Part shown: positions 27,089 through 37,008 of the stretch, in pieces
Position numbering within the stretch: position 1 is the stretch's first letter
Layout: each line of letters begins with the position of its first letter
Source of the DNA: a virus
Taxonomy: Duplodnaviria > Caudoviricetes
Strand: one strand, 5' to 3'
Length of the DNA: 64,000 nt
Virus record (IMG/VR): IMGVR_UViG_3300011337_000669
Notes under the pieces: generated by a model
Seen by the model: the letters and a program-made list of their open reading frames with translations, nothing else
Database searches by the model: none
Told to the model about the DNA's origin: nothing
Translations under genes and position numbers: made by a program

Positions 27089-27539
27089 GTAAAAAATGTT
27101 CTAATTTGATGTTTTTTTCGGGAATATACCTTTTTAAGTCCAAAAATCGTCTCACAACACTGTGTGGAAACCCATAACGTTCGTTAAGTTTCCAAATTTT
27201 ATCGGTTCCTCTTGTAATTCCGTCAATATAGTAGGAAATATCTAAACTTCTACGTGATATTTGGTTAATTGAGTATCCAAAACTGCTTTCGAACCACTTT
27301 TTTAATAAAATCTGATATTGTTTTTGTTCCAAAGAGAAAATATAGAAAAAATCATCAAAAATCTTCGGATTATAGTGTAATTTACCCTCACTATTGTATT
27401 GAAAATACCAATTTCGTTCATCCAAGTCAAGAATCCATAACTCTTTACCATACGGATAGTAAATTTTATCCGATAATAGTTCAAAAAGTCGTTTAAAAAT
27501 AAATTTATTTAGTTTTACGTTGTTAATTATATCCACCAA
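27069..27539 (-). CDS. hypothetical protein, paralog of the N-terminal domain of 35546-36322
   Basis: WILDLDERNWYF..GKL..FDDFFYIFSL vs WFIDRANKYWYF..GKL..FTDFFILFSL. Confidence 0.75.
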   Translation of the reverse strand: MVDIINNVKLNKFIFKRLFELLSDKIYYPYGKELWILDLDERNWYFQYNSEGKLHYNPKIFDDFFYIFSLEQKQYQILLKKWFESSFGYSINQISRRSLDISYYIDGITRGTDKIWKLNERYGFPHSVVRRFLDLKRYIPEKNIKLEHFLHEIEVF

Positions 27540-27575
27540 GTAAAAAATAGATAATAAATTACATAAAGAGAATAA

Positions 27576-28232
27576 TTACGCTAAGTTTCTAACTTGATTG
27601 GATAATTTTGTTAAAGCCGATTCATAATTTTTATCGCCAGCATATCTATTACCACTTGAATTTACAAAATTTTTCAAAAGATCGGTTGCGGTTTTTCCTC
27701 CTGTCAAATAATTTTTTGCAATTAAATCATAATATGATTGTATTCCACTCTGAACTGAGTTATGAGTTACGTTCTTACCTGAATCAACATTTCCAACATT
27801 GAATGGATTTTTGGTTTTGATTGGTCTTGCATTTGGATTGGGTGAAAATCCTCCTTCTTGTGCTAATTGTGCCAATGCCAATTCAACTGGAACATATTTG
27901 TTAAAATTATTATATGCGGTTTTTGCTCCATTTGCTAACATATTACCTGTAATGTTGAGTAAGTTAGCAGATCTTGATGAAATGAATTTATTAGCAATTT
28001 CTTCGTATTTCTTAAAATCTTGCGGATTGTTCAAATCTAATTCTTGGAAATCTCCAGCGGTAGAATATCCTGCTTCTTTAGAGGTTCCATCCTCAACTTT
28101 ATCTTGGTCTGACTTTCCAAATAAATCTCCAAAAAAAGACTTTACGAATTTTTCAGGATTATCAATAATACTCTTCAATATAATTTCCTTGAATTGTTGT
28201 TCTGTGACTAAAATATTGGATTTCTTCTTCAT
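27576..28232 (-). CDS. leader-family protein with glucosaminidase/lysozyme-like domain
   Basis: ILVTE-QQF leader; LALAQLAQEGG..KNPFNVGN..YYDLIAKNY..YAGDKNY; TATTTAT at 28238-28244. Confidence 0.7.
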   Translation of the reverse strand: MKKKSNILVTEQQFKEIILKSIIDNPEKFVKSFFGDLFGKSDQDKVEDGTSKEAGYSTAGDFQELDLNNPQDFKKYEEIANKFISSRSANLLNITGNMLANGAKTAYNNFNKYVPVELALAQLAQEGGFSPNPNARPIKTKNPFNVGNVDSGKNVTHNSVQSGIQSYYDLIAKNYLTGGKTATDLLKNFVNSSGNRYAGDKNYESALTKLSNQVRNLA

Positions 28233-28268
28233 ATCAAATAAATATGACTATAAATAAAAAACCCTCAA

Positions 28269-28454
28269 TTAATGAGGGTCTTGTTTAAGTTTTCTCTTGG
28301 TCAAAAAATAACGGATACCTTTTATATCAAAAAATTCAGTACCAACCTCAAAAATATGTTTTTTCAAAGGTTCAAACGTCAAAACTTCATGAGGGTATTT
28401 TAAGAGAATCTTATTATCTTCGATTTTAATTAAATTGATATTTTCCATAACCAA
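28269..28454 (-). CDS. hypothetical protein
   Basis: ORF track; terminator at 28256-28282. Confidence 0.5.
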   Translation of the reverse strand: MVMENINLIKIEDNKILLKYPHEVLTFEPLKKHIFEVGTEFFDIKGIRYFLTKRKLKQDPH

Positions 28455-28484
28455 AATATAAGAAATTATTTCGATAAAAAAATA

Positions 28485-28898
28485 TTAATTACCTGTTGAT
28501 GTGTCAGGAAACTTTTGATTTAATCTGTCAACACTTGTAGTATATCCACATTTTGAAATGTTGAATACTTTTTTGTTATTAATATTTTTTGCAAACCAAT
28601 CACTTCCAATTTTCAGATATCTATAATTTTTATCACCTGGATACGTTAATAACTTAGTTTCGTCTTCAAACTTTTTAATTGTTTCGGTATCTGTCTCAGG
28701 TGGACAATTTATTCTTCTTGAACCTCCTCCAATTTTTTCAGATGGAAACTCATATATTTTATTCTCCTCAAAAAAATCCGTACTTACTTGACCTTCAGTT
28801 TCTTTTGGACCTATATCCCTTTGTTGTTCACTAAACAATTTTTTGTGTAAACTGATAATTCTATTTTTTTCTTCTTCCGTTACAATAAACTTTTTCAT
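28485..28898 (-). CDS. leader-family protein (MKKFIVTEEEKNRIISLH)
   Basis: ORF track. Confidence 0.8.
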   Translation of the reverse strand: MKKFIVTEEEKNRIISLHKKLFSEQQRDIGPKETEGQVSTDFFEENKIYEFPSEKIGGGSRRINCPPETDTETIKKFEDETKLLTYPGDKNYRYLKIGSDWFAKNINNKKVFNISKCGYTTSVDRLNQKFPDTSTGN

Positions 28899-29392
28899 AA
28901 TACTCCTTTGTTTTTTTGAACTTGAACCAATTTATTGTGAGTTAAATCTCCAAAAATTCCATCGATAACTAAGGGATTTTCCGGTATTTCTTTGTTCAAA
29001 TAATTTTGTAATTGAATGACCTCTGTACCTTCACTTCCCTTTTTCAAAGGGAATTTTGTTCTATCAAAATTAGGGTCTGTACTTTGTTCTGGTTCTTCCT
29101 CAGGTTCTTGCTCAACAGGTGGTTTTCCTACCCAACCTTTACCATCGGAGGAATCCAACGTGTGTGTTTCAGTTGTAATAATAAAATGATTATTACCTTT
29201 ACATTCCCATGTTCCTTTGAACTTTGTTTCTCGTTTTCCATCAACCATTGGTAATGCAAACCAGTCACCAGAAAAAGTGAAAACATACATGACATTGTCC
29301 GATTTATCTATTGTATATAAACGGTCATTTAATTCCCTAACTTCTTGAGGAATACCTTTGTAGTATTCTATTACACACTTTTTATCTCTCAT
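28895..29392 (-). CDS. protein with C-terminal peptidoglycan-binding domain
   Basis: FPLKKGSEG.EVIQLQNYLN..LVIDGIFG. Confidence 0.75.
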   Translation of the reverse strand: MRDKKCVIEYYKGIPQEVRELNDRLYTIDKSDNVMYVFTFSGDWFALPMVDGKRETKFKGTWECKGNNHFIITTETHTLDSSDGKGWVGKPPVEQEPEEEPEQSTDPNFDRTKFPLKKGSEGTEVIQLQNYLNKEIPENPLVIDGIFGDLTHNKLVQVQKNKGVL

Positions 29393-29427
29393 CTTGACTT
29401 TATTGATTAATATTAATTGATTTTACC

Positions 29428-31284
29428 TTACCCCGGAGGTAGTCCAATATTACGATTTGGTCCAGTCCTTGCTGGTGTTGTATTTTGTATAACCGGACCT
29501 TGCTGAGTAGTATTTGTCGTCCCCGCATTAGTTCCACCCGCAACACTATCTTTAGAATTCGCCAAATCTGGTAATCTTAATTGTTCTAATTCTCCATTAA
29601 ACCATCGTTGAATTCCAACGTCCCCTATTTGACGCATTGCCGAAATTATTTGTACCGCAGGTATTGGAATTCCAAGTGTTGGGTCAAAAGAAACTCTTCT
29701 CGCAAGGTCATTTAACATTTCAATAGGTAGGGCCGATATTGCTCCAACATCACCATAACCAGGAGCCGCCCTGTATAATGCTGCCATACAAAAATCTCTT
29801 AGTTCTTCTTCATTCATATCAAGTTCGAAAATACAAGGTAGTTCCTGTTGAATTTGTTTACCACTCAAATAATCTCTTAAAGTGGAATCAGAAAACCCGA
29901 TAGTTCCAAGCCATCTTTTTTGTTTGATTATTTCAGAGAAATAATCCATACATTTTTTGCCATTTTCTCCAAATTTTGTAAGTATATCTGTATCCGAGGC
30001 CTTAGTCGTCTTAATTATTGCATTAGCAAGTGCTAAGAAAATTGTAACTTTATACGCTCTAGTCAATACTTCTACAGCATAACTGGCGTTAGCCCCCCAC
30101 ATACCTGAGTTTTGAATAATTTCTTTGTACGGATTTGTATATCCTTTAGTAAAATTTTTCGGAATTCCCTTTGGGGATGTTAAAAACAAATATTTAAGTG
30201 TTTGTTTCCACCAAACTTGGGGTATTTCACTCTTCGTCGTTTCAACAACATTATCGGATTTTTTCCCAAAAGGAGCCATTTTTTTCAATGTTTTTGATAC
30301 AAACTTGATAAAATTTCCCTCCATACTCATCCCTCCTCGAACCCCTTTCCAAATTGCTTGCAACATTGGATTACCAGTTTTTGATAAATCTTCAAGAATT
30401 GTCCAATCATTATAATGTTGTTTTACATCATTCAATATTTCATCATACAACTTAGCATTTTCGATACTAGAGGCACCTGTCTTGTAAGTGTTCAAAACTT
30501 TCATATAATCATTGTAAAAGCTTCTCCTCCAAAGATACAATAGTCGGAAATCTTCTCTTATTTTTTGTTCTAATTTCATGATTTCCTCAGCATTGAGTTT
30601 AACTCCCTGATCAGTTTTTGAAGAGGATAATGTTTTCAAGTTTTTTTCTAAATCATCAACAACTTTTTGACCTTTTACAAACAATTGATTGAAAAATGTA
30701 GGATTTTTTACAATAATGTCTTTAACATACTTACCTCTCAAAGTTTTGTTAATAAATTTTGGAGTAATAAGTAATTCGGATAATTTTGAGATGCTTGCAG
30801 GGACTACTTGAGTAACGGGGTCTTTGTAATAATTATCAATGATTTCCTTCATTTTGACTTTTATTTCAGACAAAGACATTTTTTCTATCCCATCTATCTT
30901 CTCAAGTTGTTCATCAAAATTCTTGAAAAAAGGTTGGAGTTGGTCTAATTCGGATAAAAAATCACTTATAGCATTTTTACTTTCAACAGTAGCTCTCGAT
31001 AATATTACCAAATCATTTGCGATAGAAGGTAACGAAAGTTTAGCACCCCCCGATAAACGTGTTAGTTTATTATTTATCCGTGTTGCAGCATTTATTACAT
31101 CATCTGTCATCCACAACTTTCTCGAATTCGGAGTTACATTGATAATATCGTCAATGAATGTCAAAAATTTAGCAGGTACTACACTCTCAGTAATTAAAGT
31201 CACTCCCATCAATTCGTGAATACGATTTAACTCTACCAGTACGTTATTTTCCAAAATATTATAAATTGGGGTATTTTTTTCCAT
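29428..31284 (-). CDS. 618-aa helical protein, probable virion-associated
   Basis: ELNRIHELMGVTLITE leader; long ORF in a co-oriented block. Confidence 0.8.
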   Translation of the reverse strand: MEKNTPIYNILENNVLVELNRIHELMGVTLITESVVPAKFLTFIDDIINVTPNSRKLWMTDDVINAATRINNKLTRLSGGAKLSLPSIANDLVILSRATVESKNAISDFLSELDQLQPFFKNFDEQLEKIDGIEKMSLSEIKVKMKEIIDNYYKDPVTQVVPASISKLSELLITPKFINKTLRGKYVKDIIVKNPTFFNQLFVKGQKVVDDLEKNLKTLSSSKTDQGVKLNAEEIMKLEQKIREDFRLLYLWRRSFYNDYMKVLNTYKTGASSIENAKLYDEILNDVKQHYNDWTILEDLSKTGNPMLQAIWKGVRGGMSMEGNFIKFVSKTLKKMAPFGKKSDNVVETTKSEIPQVWWKQTLKYLFLTSPKGIPKNFTKGYTNPYKEIIQNSGMWGANASYAVEVLTRAYKVTIFLALANAIIKTTKASDTDILTKFGENGKKCMDYFSEIIKQKRWLGTIGFSDSTLRDYLSGKQIQQELPCIFELDMNEEELRDFCMAALYRAAPGYGDVGAISALPIEMLNDLARRVSFDPTLGIPIPAVQIISAMRQIGDVGIQRWFNGELEQLRLPDLANSKDSVAGGTNAGTTNTTQQGPVIQNTTPARTGPNRNIGLPPG

Positions 31285-31286
31285 AA

Positions 31287-32216
31287 TTATTTTTTACCTA
31301 TGTTTTTATTAAACTCTTCTGTGGGCTCCGGTCGTACCCATTCTCCGGCTTCGATTTTCCCATTTTCCGCGGCTTTAGTTAGATTTTCAAAAATATTAAC
31401 AACTTCTGGTTCTAAATCCTGTGGAGTAATTTGTATCCACCCTATTTTTTCACCAACCCATCTTATAATATTTAGAAAAGTATTTTTATTTCGTAAATCC
31501 ATTTTTTGAATGTCATCACGAAAGGCGTATATGTATAAATAGTCAAACGGAATCCAAGTTCCGGCAATCCAAATAGGCACCTTTGTCTTTCTGAACATTA
31601 ATAAAAAATTCAGTAACCACTTTGTACTTTTTTTAGAAAAATTTAATAATACTCTTTTTTTTATGTTGGATTTGAAAAGTTGGTTTATTTGTCGTGCCTC
31701 TGAAACAATTCCCTCTCCTAGCTTTTTCAAATCTTTGATTTCATTTGAGGTTAATTTGACCCCCTCTTTATTTTTCTTAATTAATTCTTTAACTCCTTTT
31801 ACCCCGTATTTTTTTACAACTTCCCCAATACCTGGTAATTTTAATATTTCATCTCCAGGAATCAATCCGAGTATTAACATTAGAGTCCCCATGTAAGGAT
31901 CACCTTCATCAAAATAAAGTTTCGCTTCGGCTAATCCTGCGACACCTGCTAATCCCATGGCAATGACAGAAGTAACCCCTCCAGTAAAAAAACCTAAAAA
32001 CATTAAAGCTACTTGTACAGTAGTAAACCAATCATGACTATCGAAACTTTTAATCCAATTACTAAAGTTGAATGAGGTGTCAGGCCGTAATATACCAATA
32101 CCAGTCAAGACTTGTTCATTCGTAATGTTTTCAGTCAAAGTCTTGGACACGTTATAATTCATAATCAATTTTATTCTTTCAAATAAATCGTGACTTTCTG
32201 ATATTTTTTTTGGCAT
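31287..32216 (-). CDS. leader-family protein with a Gly/Ala-rich hydrophobic hairpin
   Basis: FERIKLIMNY..ITNE leader; VQVALMFLGFFTGG..GTLMLILGLIPG; TATTTAT at 32236-32242. Confidence 0.8.
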   Translation of the reverse strand: MPKKISESHDLFERIKLIMNYNVSKTLTENITNEQVLTGIGILRPDTSFNFSNWIKSFDSHDWFTTVQVALMFLGFFTGGVTSVIAMGLAGVAGLAEAKLYFDEGDPYMGTLMLILGLIPGDEILKLPGIGEVVKKYGVKGVKELIKKNKEGVKLTSNEIKDLKKLGEGIVSEARQINQLFKSNIKKRVLLNFSKKSTKWLLNFLLMFRKTKVPIWIAGTWIPFDYLYIYAFRDDIQKMDLRNKNTFLNIIRWVGEKIGWIQITPQDLEPEVVNIFENLTKAAENGKIEAGEWVRPEPTEEFNKNIGKK

Positions 32217-32264
32217 TTTATTTTTATTATTAACTATAAATAGTAGATTTATAAAAAAAAGGAA

Positions 32265-32579
32265 ATGATATCAAGAGGAAGCCAAATTACGAATGTAAGA
32301 AATAATACTATCCACATTGTTGACGATATCGAAGTCATCAATGGAGAAAAATTAATATTCACGGAGGATACAAAATGTTTTCCATACCATGAATGTGAAT
32401 TAGTCCAAAATTCCTCTATTGAACACACAAATTTCACTAAAAATTTGATTGATAATCTAAAACATTCCGAATTGGATTTGGGGGAATGGTCCCCTCGTGA
32501 ATTTATTCCTAAACCAAAAATAAAGAAAAACTTTTTATCCCGTTTTTGGGATAAAATTATTTACACCTTTACCTACTAA
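32265..32579 (+). CDS. hypothetical protein
   Basis: ORF track. Confidence 0.65.
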   Translation: MISRGSQITNVRNNTIHIVDDIEVINGEKLIFTEDTKCFPYHECELVQNSSIEHTNFTKNLIDNLKHSELDLGEWSPREFIPKPKIKKNFLSRFWDKIIYTFTY

Positions 32580-32583
32580 AAAT

Positions 32584-35073
32584 TTACTTCTTCAAATGAT
32601 TGAACCTGAAGACAATGTTTTCCTCTTCAGGTTTATCTGAGAATTTAGGCCCCAAATATTCTTGGAAGTTGTTTCTCAACTTTGTCTCGATTTGTTTTTC
32701 AACCTTTTCGGGAGTAAGGTTCGGTATTTCACCTTTCAAATAATTTTCAGGTGTTGGAACTTGTTTTCCGTCTACCACTTTCAAAACGTCTTGAATATCC
32801 ACGTTCACGACGTTCTTGTCGTCAATCTCTTCAACAGAAGAAATTTTGAATTTGATACTAATTTTCGGTTCCACACCATAGGACGAAGATTTTGCGGTAG
32901 AAACTTTTTGTGAAATCAATGAAGGTGCCATATTTCTGAATGCCATTCGTTTAAGTTCCATCACTTTCTCGTGAGTGGCGCCTCTCTCAATCATTCCCAT
33001 TTCCTGACGAGACAATAGATAAACTTGAGACTCCAAAGTATCATTCCATCTATATGGTCGGGACGCGTTCATTTGCTTTCCTGTGGAAGAAGAATATCTA
33101 TCTGAGGTTTCATACCACTTTCCATCTTTGAAGATATAAACTGGATACCACCCATAAGACTCGACAATATATATCTTTCCATCCATTGTTGTTCTCCAAT
33201 ATCCTCTCAAGTTTGAACCTTCAAATGGAAGTTGTGCTATGGTATAAATCTTGGCATTATAGTTAGGAGTACGTTTACCTTTCATCTTTCTTGGATCGAT
33301 AAAGTTGTCCTTTGTCAATGATGAATAATCACCATCTTGTCGATAGTTCAAAAGATATAATTCCAAAATATATGGCGCAAAATCGGCCTCGATTCCAAAA
33401 TATGGTAAATAATTTTTGATTGAGGATTGTAAGTCTCTTTTGTTGTTGTAATTAGTTTTTTGAGTATTAAGAAATTTGAACAGTTTGACAATCACCTTAT
33501 TTGGCTCAAGGTCAGTATTAACCGCCTCGTTCATCATATCAAAATCCTCATCATCGTATTCATCTTGACATGTTATTTGGTGAAACCCTAATAATCCGTC
33601 TTCAAACCATTCTTTACACATCGTAATCATTAAATTAGTAGTTTTCACAACGGGCCAATCACCTGAATGAAAATATTCCCACAGTTCGTCTTGAAACAAA
33701 AAATCGTCGACTGCTTTATTTATGACAGCATCTGCATATTCAAACTCATTATCAAATTTTTCACATGGGTCTGTAAACTCTGTTTCAGCGTGATAGATAT
33801 AATCCCGCATGGTCTTCTCATTAAACCTTCTTCTCAACTTTTCCAAAAAAGCGGATTTGTTCTCAACAATTGTTTTGAATTGTGATTCGGTGACAATATA
33901 TTCTTTTTTGATTTTTGTTTCGATAATTTTTATTGGTGGGGTAATTAAGTTTGGTTCGTTCCATCCTTTTGGTGGATAATTTGTGCTTAAATAAATATCT
34001 TTCATCGGGTTCATAGAAAGAGCTGTGTTGAGTTCAGATTCTATATTTTTTTCGTCATTAAAACTAATTCTTATTAGTTTAATTCCGTTTTCCCTACAGT
34101 ATTTGTTTTTTGCCAAATCGTTAAATTTCGTTTCTTCGTACCCCTTTTCACCACCATAATTTGGTTTTGGATCGAAATGTTGTCCCCCATCGAATTCTGC
34201 GATTACGACAGTCCCATCTTCCTTAACAAAGTAAGCATCTGCTTTTAACTTATTTCTGTTCCCCTTACCTTTAGAACTGTACTCTGATAATTTTTTTTCT
34301 TTTTCTACAGTATATCCTGAAAGTTCTAACAAACGTCTCATAGTAGATTCACCTCTGCGCTCCTTCTTGTTACGACAAGCAAATTCCAAGTAGCCCTTGT
34401 ATCCTGCAGCAACTCCATTAGGATAAAGGTTTATTGGATTTTCGTGATTTTTACATTTGATATTTTTTACGAACAATCTAGTTTGATGTGATCCTTCACT
34501 ACGTGGAACTAAGTACCAATCCTGTTCTATATCTTTAATGAAAAGTGGAGAATCTGGATTTTCGGGAACATCAGGAAAAATCAGTGGAGAATCTTCAGGA
34601 ATTGTATTTAGAAAATTTTCTACCTTAGACTTAAGATCTTGAGGATACGTCTCATCATTCGACTCAGAACGACATTTTTCACAGGTGAAATCTGTTAATC
34701 GATTAACTCTAATATCCTTTAACTTTCCATGAACTACTCCTTCTTTATCTTTTTTGGTACAACTTACTCCCTTGATAATTTTATTGTGTTTTTCATCCGT
34801 GTAGTAACTAACATTTTCAAAATCATATTGAGGGAACTCAATTTTAAAATTTTCTGTGAGTTGTTTTTGGTCTTTTACTCTCAATTCAGACAATAGATTT
34901 TGCATCGTAAGACTTTGGTCGCCAGTTCGATTTCTTCTGTTACTAACCCATGTGGATATATCCTTAGAATTGGAATCATTGTAAAAATCATTTAGTGTAT
35001 TAAATCGTGAAATATATTCTTTTATTGAATCTATATCCCATTTTGATTCTCGTCCTTCCAAAATTACTTTCAT
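32584..35073 (-). CDS. 830-aa mosaic protein: PD-(D/E)xK-like endonuclease domain, internal leader, KRR module, C-terminal domain
   Basis: KADAYF..IAEFDGGQHF..KNKYCRENGIKLIRI; KEYIVTESQFKTIVE; LRRRFN..FEYADAVI; TATTTAT at 35078-35084. Confidence 0.8.
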   Translation of the reverse strand: MKVILEGRESKWDIDSIKEYISRFNTLNDFYNDSNSKDISTWVSNRRNRTGDQSLTMQNLLSELRVKDQKQLTENFKIEFPQYDFENVSYYTDEKHNKIIKGVSCTKKDKEGVVHGKLKDIRVNRLTDFTCEKCRSESNDETYPQDLKSKVENFLNTIPEDSPLIFPDVPENPDSPLFIKDIEQDWYLVPRSEGSHQTRLFVKNIKCKNHENPINLYPNGVAAGYKGYLEFACRNKKERRGESTMRRLLELSGYTVEKEKKLSEYSSKGKGNRNKLKADAYFVKEDGTVVIAEFDGGQHFDPKPNYGGEKGYEETKFNDLAKNKYCRENGIKLIRISFNDEKNIESELNTALSMNPMKDIYLSTNYPPKGWNEPNLITPPIKIIETKIKKEYIVTESQFKTIVENKSAFLEKLRRRFNEKTMRDYIYHAETEFTDPCEKFDNEFEYADAVINKAVDDFLFQDELWEYFHSGDWPVVKTTNLMITMCKEWFEDGLLGFHQITCQDEYDDEDFDMMNEAVNTDLEPNKVIVKLFKFLNTQKTNYNNKRDLQSSIKNYLPYFGIEADFAPYILELYLLNYRQDGDYSSLTKDNFIDPRKMKGKRTPNYNAKIYTIAQLPFEGSNLRGYWRTTMDGKIYIVESYGWYPVYIFKDGKWYETSDRYSSSTGKQMNASRPYRWNDTLESQVYLLSRQEMGMIERGATHEKVMELKRMAFRNMAPSLISQKVSTAKSSSYGVEPKISIKFKISSVEEIDDKNVVNVDIQDVLKVVDGKQVPTPENYLKGEIPNLTPEKVEKQIETKLRNNFQEYLGPKFSDKPEEENIVFRFNHLKK

Positions 35074-35128
35074 ATTCATAAATACTCGATAAAAACAAAA
35101 TCCCTCCATATTGGGGGATTACAAATCA

Positions 35129-35482
35129 TTAATTAGGATATTCAGTTGAAACTTTGCCATTCTTGGAAAATGTGTAATGTTTCACCAAATTATGTTCATG
35201 AAATCTCCAATAAAATCTCCCAACGAATGTTCCATGATATTCCTCCGAAATTTTCATTACTTTATTTACCAATTCTTCATCACATTGGTGGTTCCAATCT
35301 TCAATGTCTCTTCCTGAAAAAATAATGTGACCATTTTCCAATTCAGGAGTCAATAAAACTTTCTGAAGAATTAGACATTCATACGTTTCCTCATCCAACT
35401 CTTGATGAATATTTTTCAACAACTTTGAATTATCATCTGATACAAATTCCAAGTTGATGGCAAAACCAAAATTTCCTGACAT
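35129..35482 (-). CDS. hypothetical protein
   Basis: ORF track; terminator at 35096-35121. Confidence 0.7.
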   Translation of the reverse strand: MSGNFGFAINLEFVSDDNSKLLKNIHQELDEETYECLILQKVLLTPELENGHIIFSGRDIEDWNHQCDEELVNKVMKISEEYHGTFVGRFYWRFHEHNLVKHYTFSKNGKVSTEYPN

Positions 35483-35545
35483 ATTTTTCTTATTTAATTT
35501 TTTTTATTGAATATAAATACTATTTTTGTTTTAATAAGTAAAACT

Positions 35546-36322
35546 ATGAATCCACGTCTCAAAAAAATCATATTCAGTAAGTTAAACGATGATTTATCCA
35601 AGGTTGAAATCATTTTGTCTGAAAATCAGTCAATTTGGTTCATCGACCGTGCAAATAAGTATTGGTACTTCGAATTGGAAAAATCAGGTAAATTATGGTG
35701 GAGGTATGAGTTTTTTACCGATTTTTTTATCCTTTTTTCTCTTAAAATCGATGAATTTCAACCACTTCTCTCTGAATGGGTGGAAGGGATACTCAATCGT
35801 GGGGTTGCATCATCCAATTTATTAAACCATGGGGATGTGCAACGGGTGGAAAGAGTACTTAATAGTGGGGTATCCTCAACAAGCCACCCAGGTGCCAATG
35901 CCTATGATCAGGTAGAGGGTATACTCAATAGTGGGGTATCTGCAACCGGAGACCTTGGCATGGAAAGAATTACCACGGTGGAAGGTATCCTCAATCATGG
36001 ATACAGAAAAGGATCTCGTAAGGTAGATGAGGTACTCAATCATAAGGTAGTTACAACAGAATACTGTGGCATTATTCCAAATTATGATTTAGAAGAAGTC
36101 CTTAATCGTGAGATTAACGAAATAGATGGAGGAGAGTTGATAGATAATATTACACTGGAAAAAGTTCTCAATCATAAGGTCGTTTCAATTCTACCTGCAA
36201 ATCTACAAAATGAATTAGTACAACAAATTCTTGTTAATGAATTAATATATGAAGTTGAATCTGCAGATCCTTTGGACACACCAGCATACGATTCGGTGGA
36301 TGAAGTATTAAAAAATAGTTAG
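35546..36322 (+). CDS. protein with C-terminal ~22-aa repeats (VEGILNxGV core)
   Basis: Cores at 35780, 35846, 35912, 35978, 36023, 36089, 36155 with variable spacers. Confidence 0.8.
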   Translation: MNPRLKKIIFSKLNDDLSKVEIILSENQSIWFIDRANKYWYFELEKSGKLWWRYEFFTDFFILFSLKIDEFQPLLSEWVEGILNRGVASSNLLNHGDVQRVERVLNSGVSSTSHPGANAYDQVEGILNSGVSATGDLGMERITTVEGILNHGYRKGSRKVDEVLNHKVVTTEYCGIIPNYDLEEVLNREINEIDGGELIDNITLEKVLNHKVVSILPANLQNELVQQILVNELIYEVESADPLDTPAYDSVDEVLKNS

Positions 36323-36347
36323 ACACTAAAACTTTCTCCGCATCCGA

Positions 36348-36677
36348 TTAAACCGCGAATGAGGTTCCACAACCGCAGGTTCTTGTCGAATTTGGATTAT
36401 TCCATTCGAATCCTTTACCATTAAGTCCATCTTTATAGTCCAACTCAGTTCCTACCAAGTATAAAAGAGACAACTTATTAATACAGACCTTAATAGAATC
36501 AAGGTCAACGATTGTATCACTTGGGTCATCCTTGTCATCAAATTTCATTTGATAAGATAATCCACTACATCCTCCTCCAATTACTCCGACTCTTAACTTA
36601 TGAGTTTCAGGGGATATACCCTCATTCTCCATTAAAATTAAAAGTTGATTTTTTGCTCGTTCAGAAACAGTTACCAT
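36348..36677 (-). CDS. iscA: IscA/SufA (HesB) family Fe-S cluster assembly protein
   Basis: GGGCSGLSY and TCGCGTSF: three conserved Cys. Confidence 0.93.
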   Translation of the reverse strand: MVTVSERAKNQLLILMENEGISPETHKLRVGVIGGGCSGLSYQMKFDDKDDPSDTIVDLDSIKVCINKLSLLYLVGTELDYKDGLNGKGFEWNNPNSTRTCGCGTSFAV

Positions 36678-36702
36678 TATAATAGTTTTTACGATGAATT
36701 TA

Positions 36703-37008
36703 TTAAAGAATACTTAATTCGGCGACTTCTACGCCAGTTAAATCATATACAAGTTTTCTTATTATTTTCTCGACTTCTTTGTCACTGAGTAAAAATAAGT
36801 CCATAATTGAACCGAAAATATTTCCATCAATACTGAAATAATACGCGTTCATTTCAGGTGAATAGTATAACAATGCAGTTTCATGCCCATTTTTGAAAAA
36901 AATTTCCAAATCGGGGATAATCTCATCACGTTTCAACTCACCTAATTTGTCGATTAAGTATTTCGTCGCAATTGTCTGTAATCTTGATTGGTTAATTTGA
37001 TATTTCAT
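36703..37008 (-). CDS. leader-family small protein (MKYQINQSRL)
   Basis: ORF track; F-x-L...C-terminal family motif. Confidence 0.75.
   Translation of the reverse strand: MKYQINQSRLQTIATKYLIDKLGELKRDEIIPDLEIFFKNGHETALLYYSPEMNAYYFSIDGNIFGSIMDLFLLSDKEVEKIIRKLVYDLTGVEVAELSIL

Noticed and set aside
35780-36200. CRISPR array (27-nt repeats, 39-nt spacers, 66-nt period)
   Set aside because: Lies in frame within a CDS, repeats vary at synonymous positions, are not palindromic, and no cas genes are present; treated as a protein repeat.
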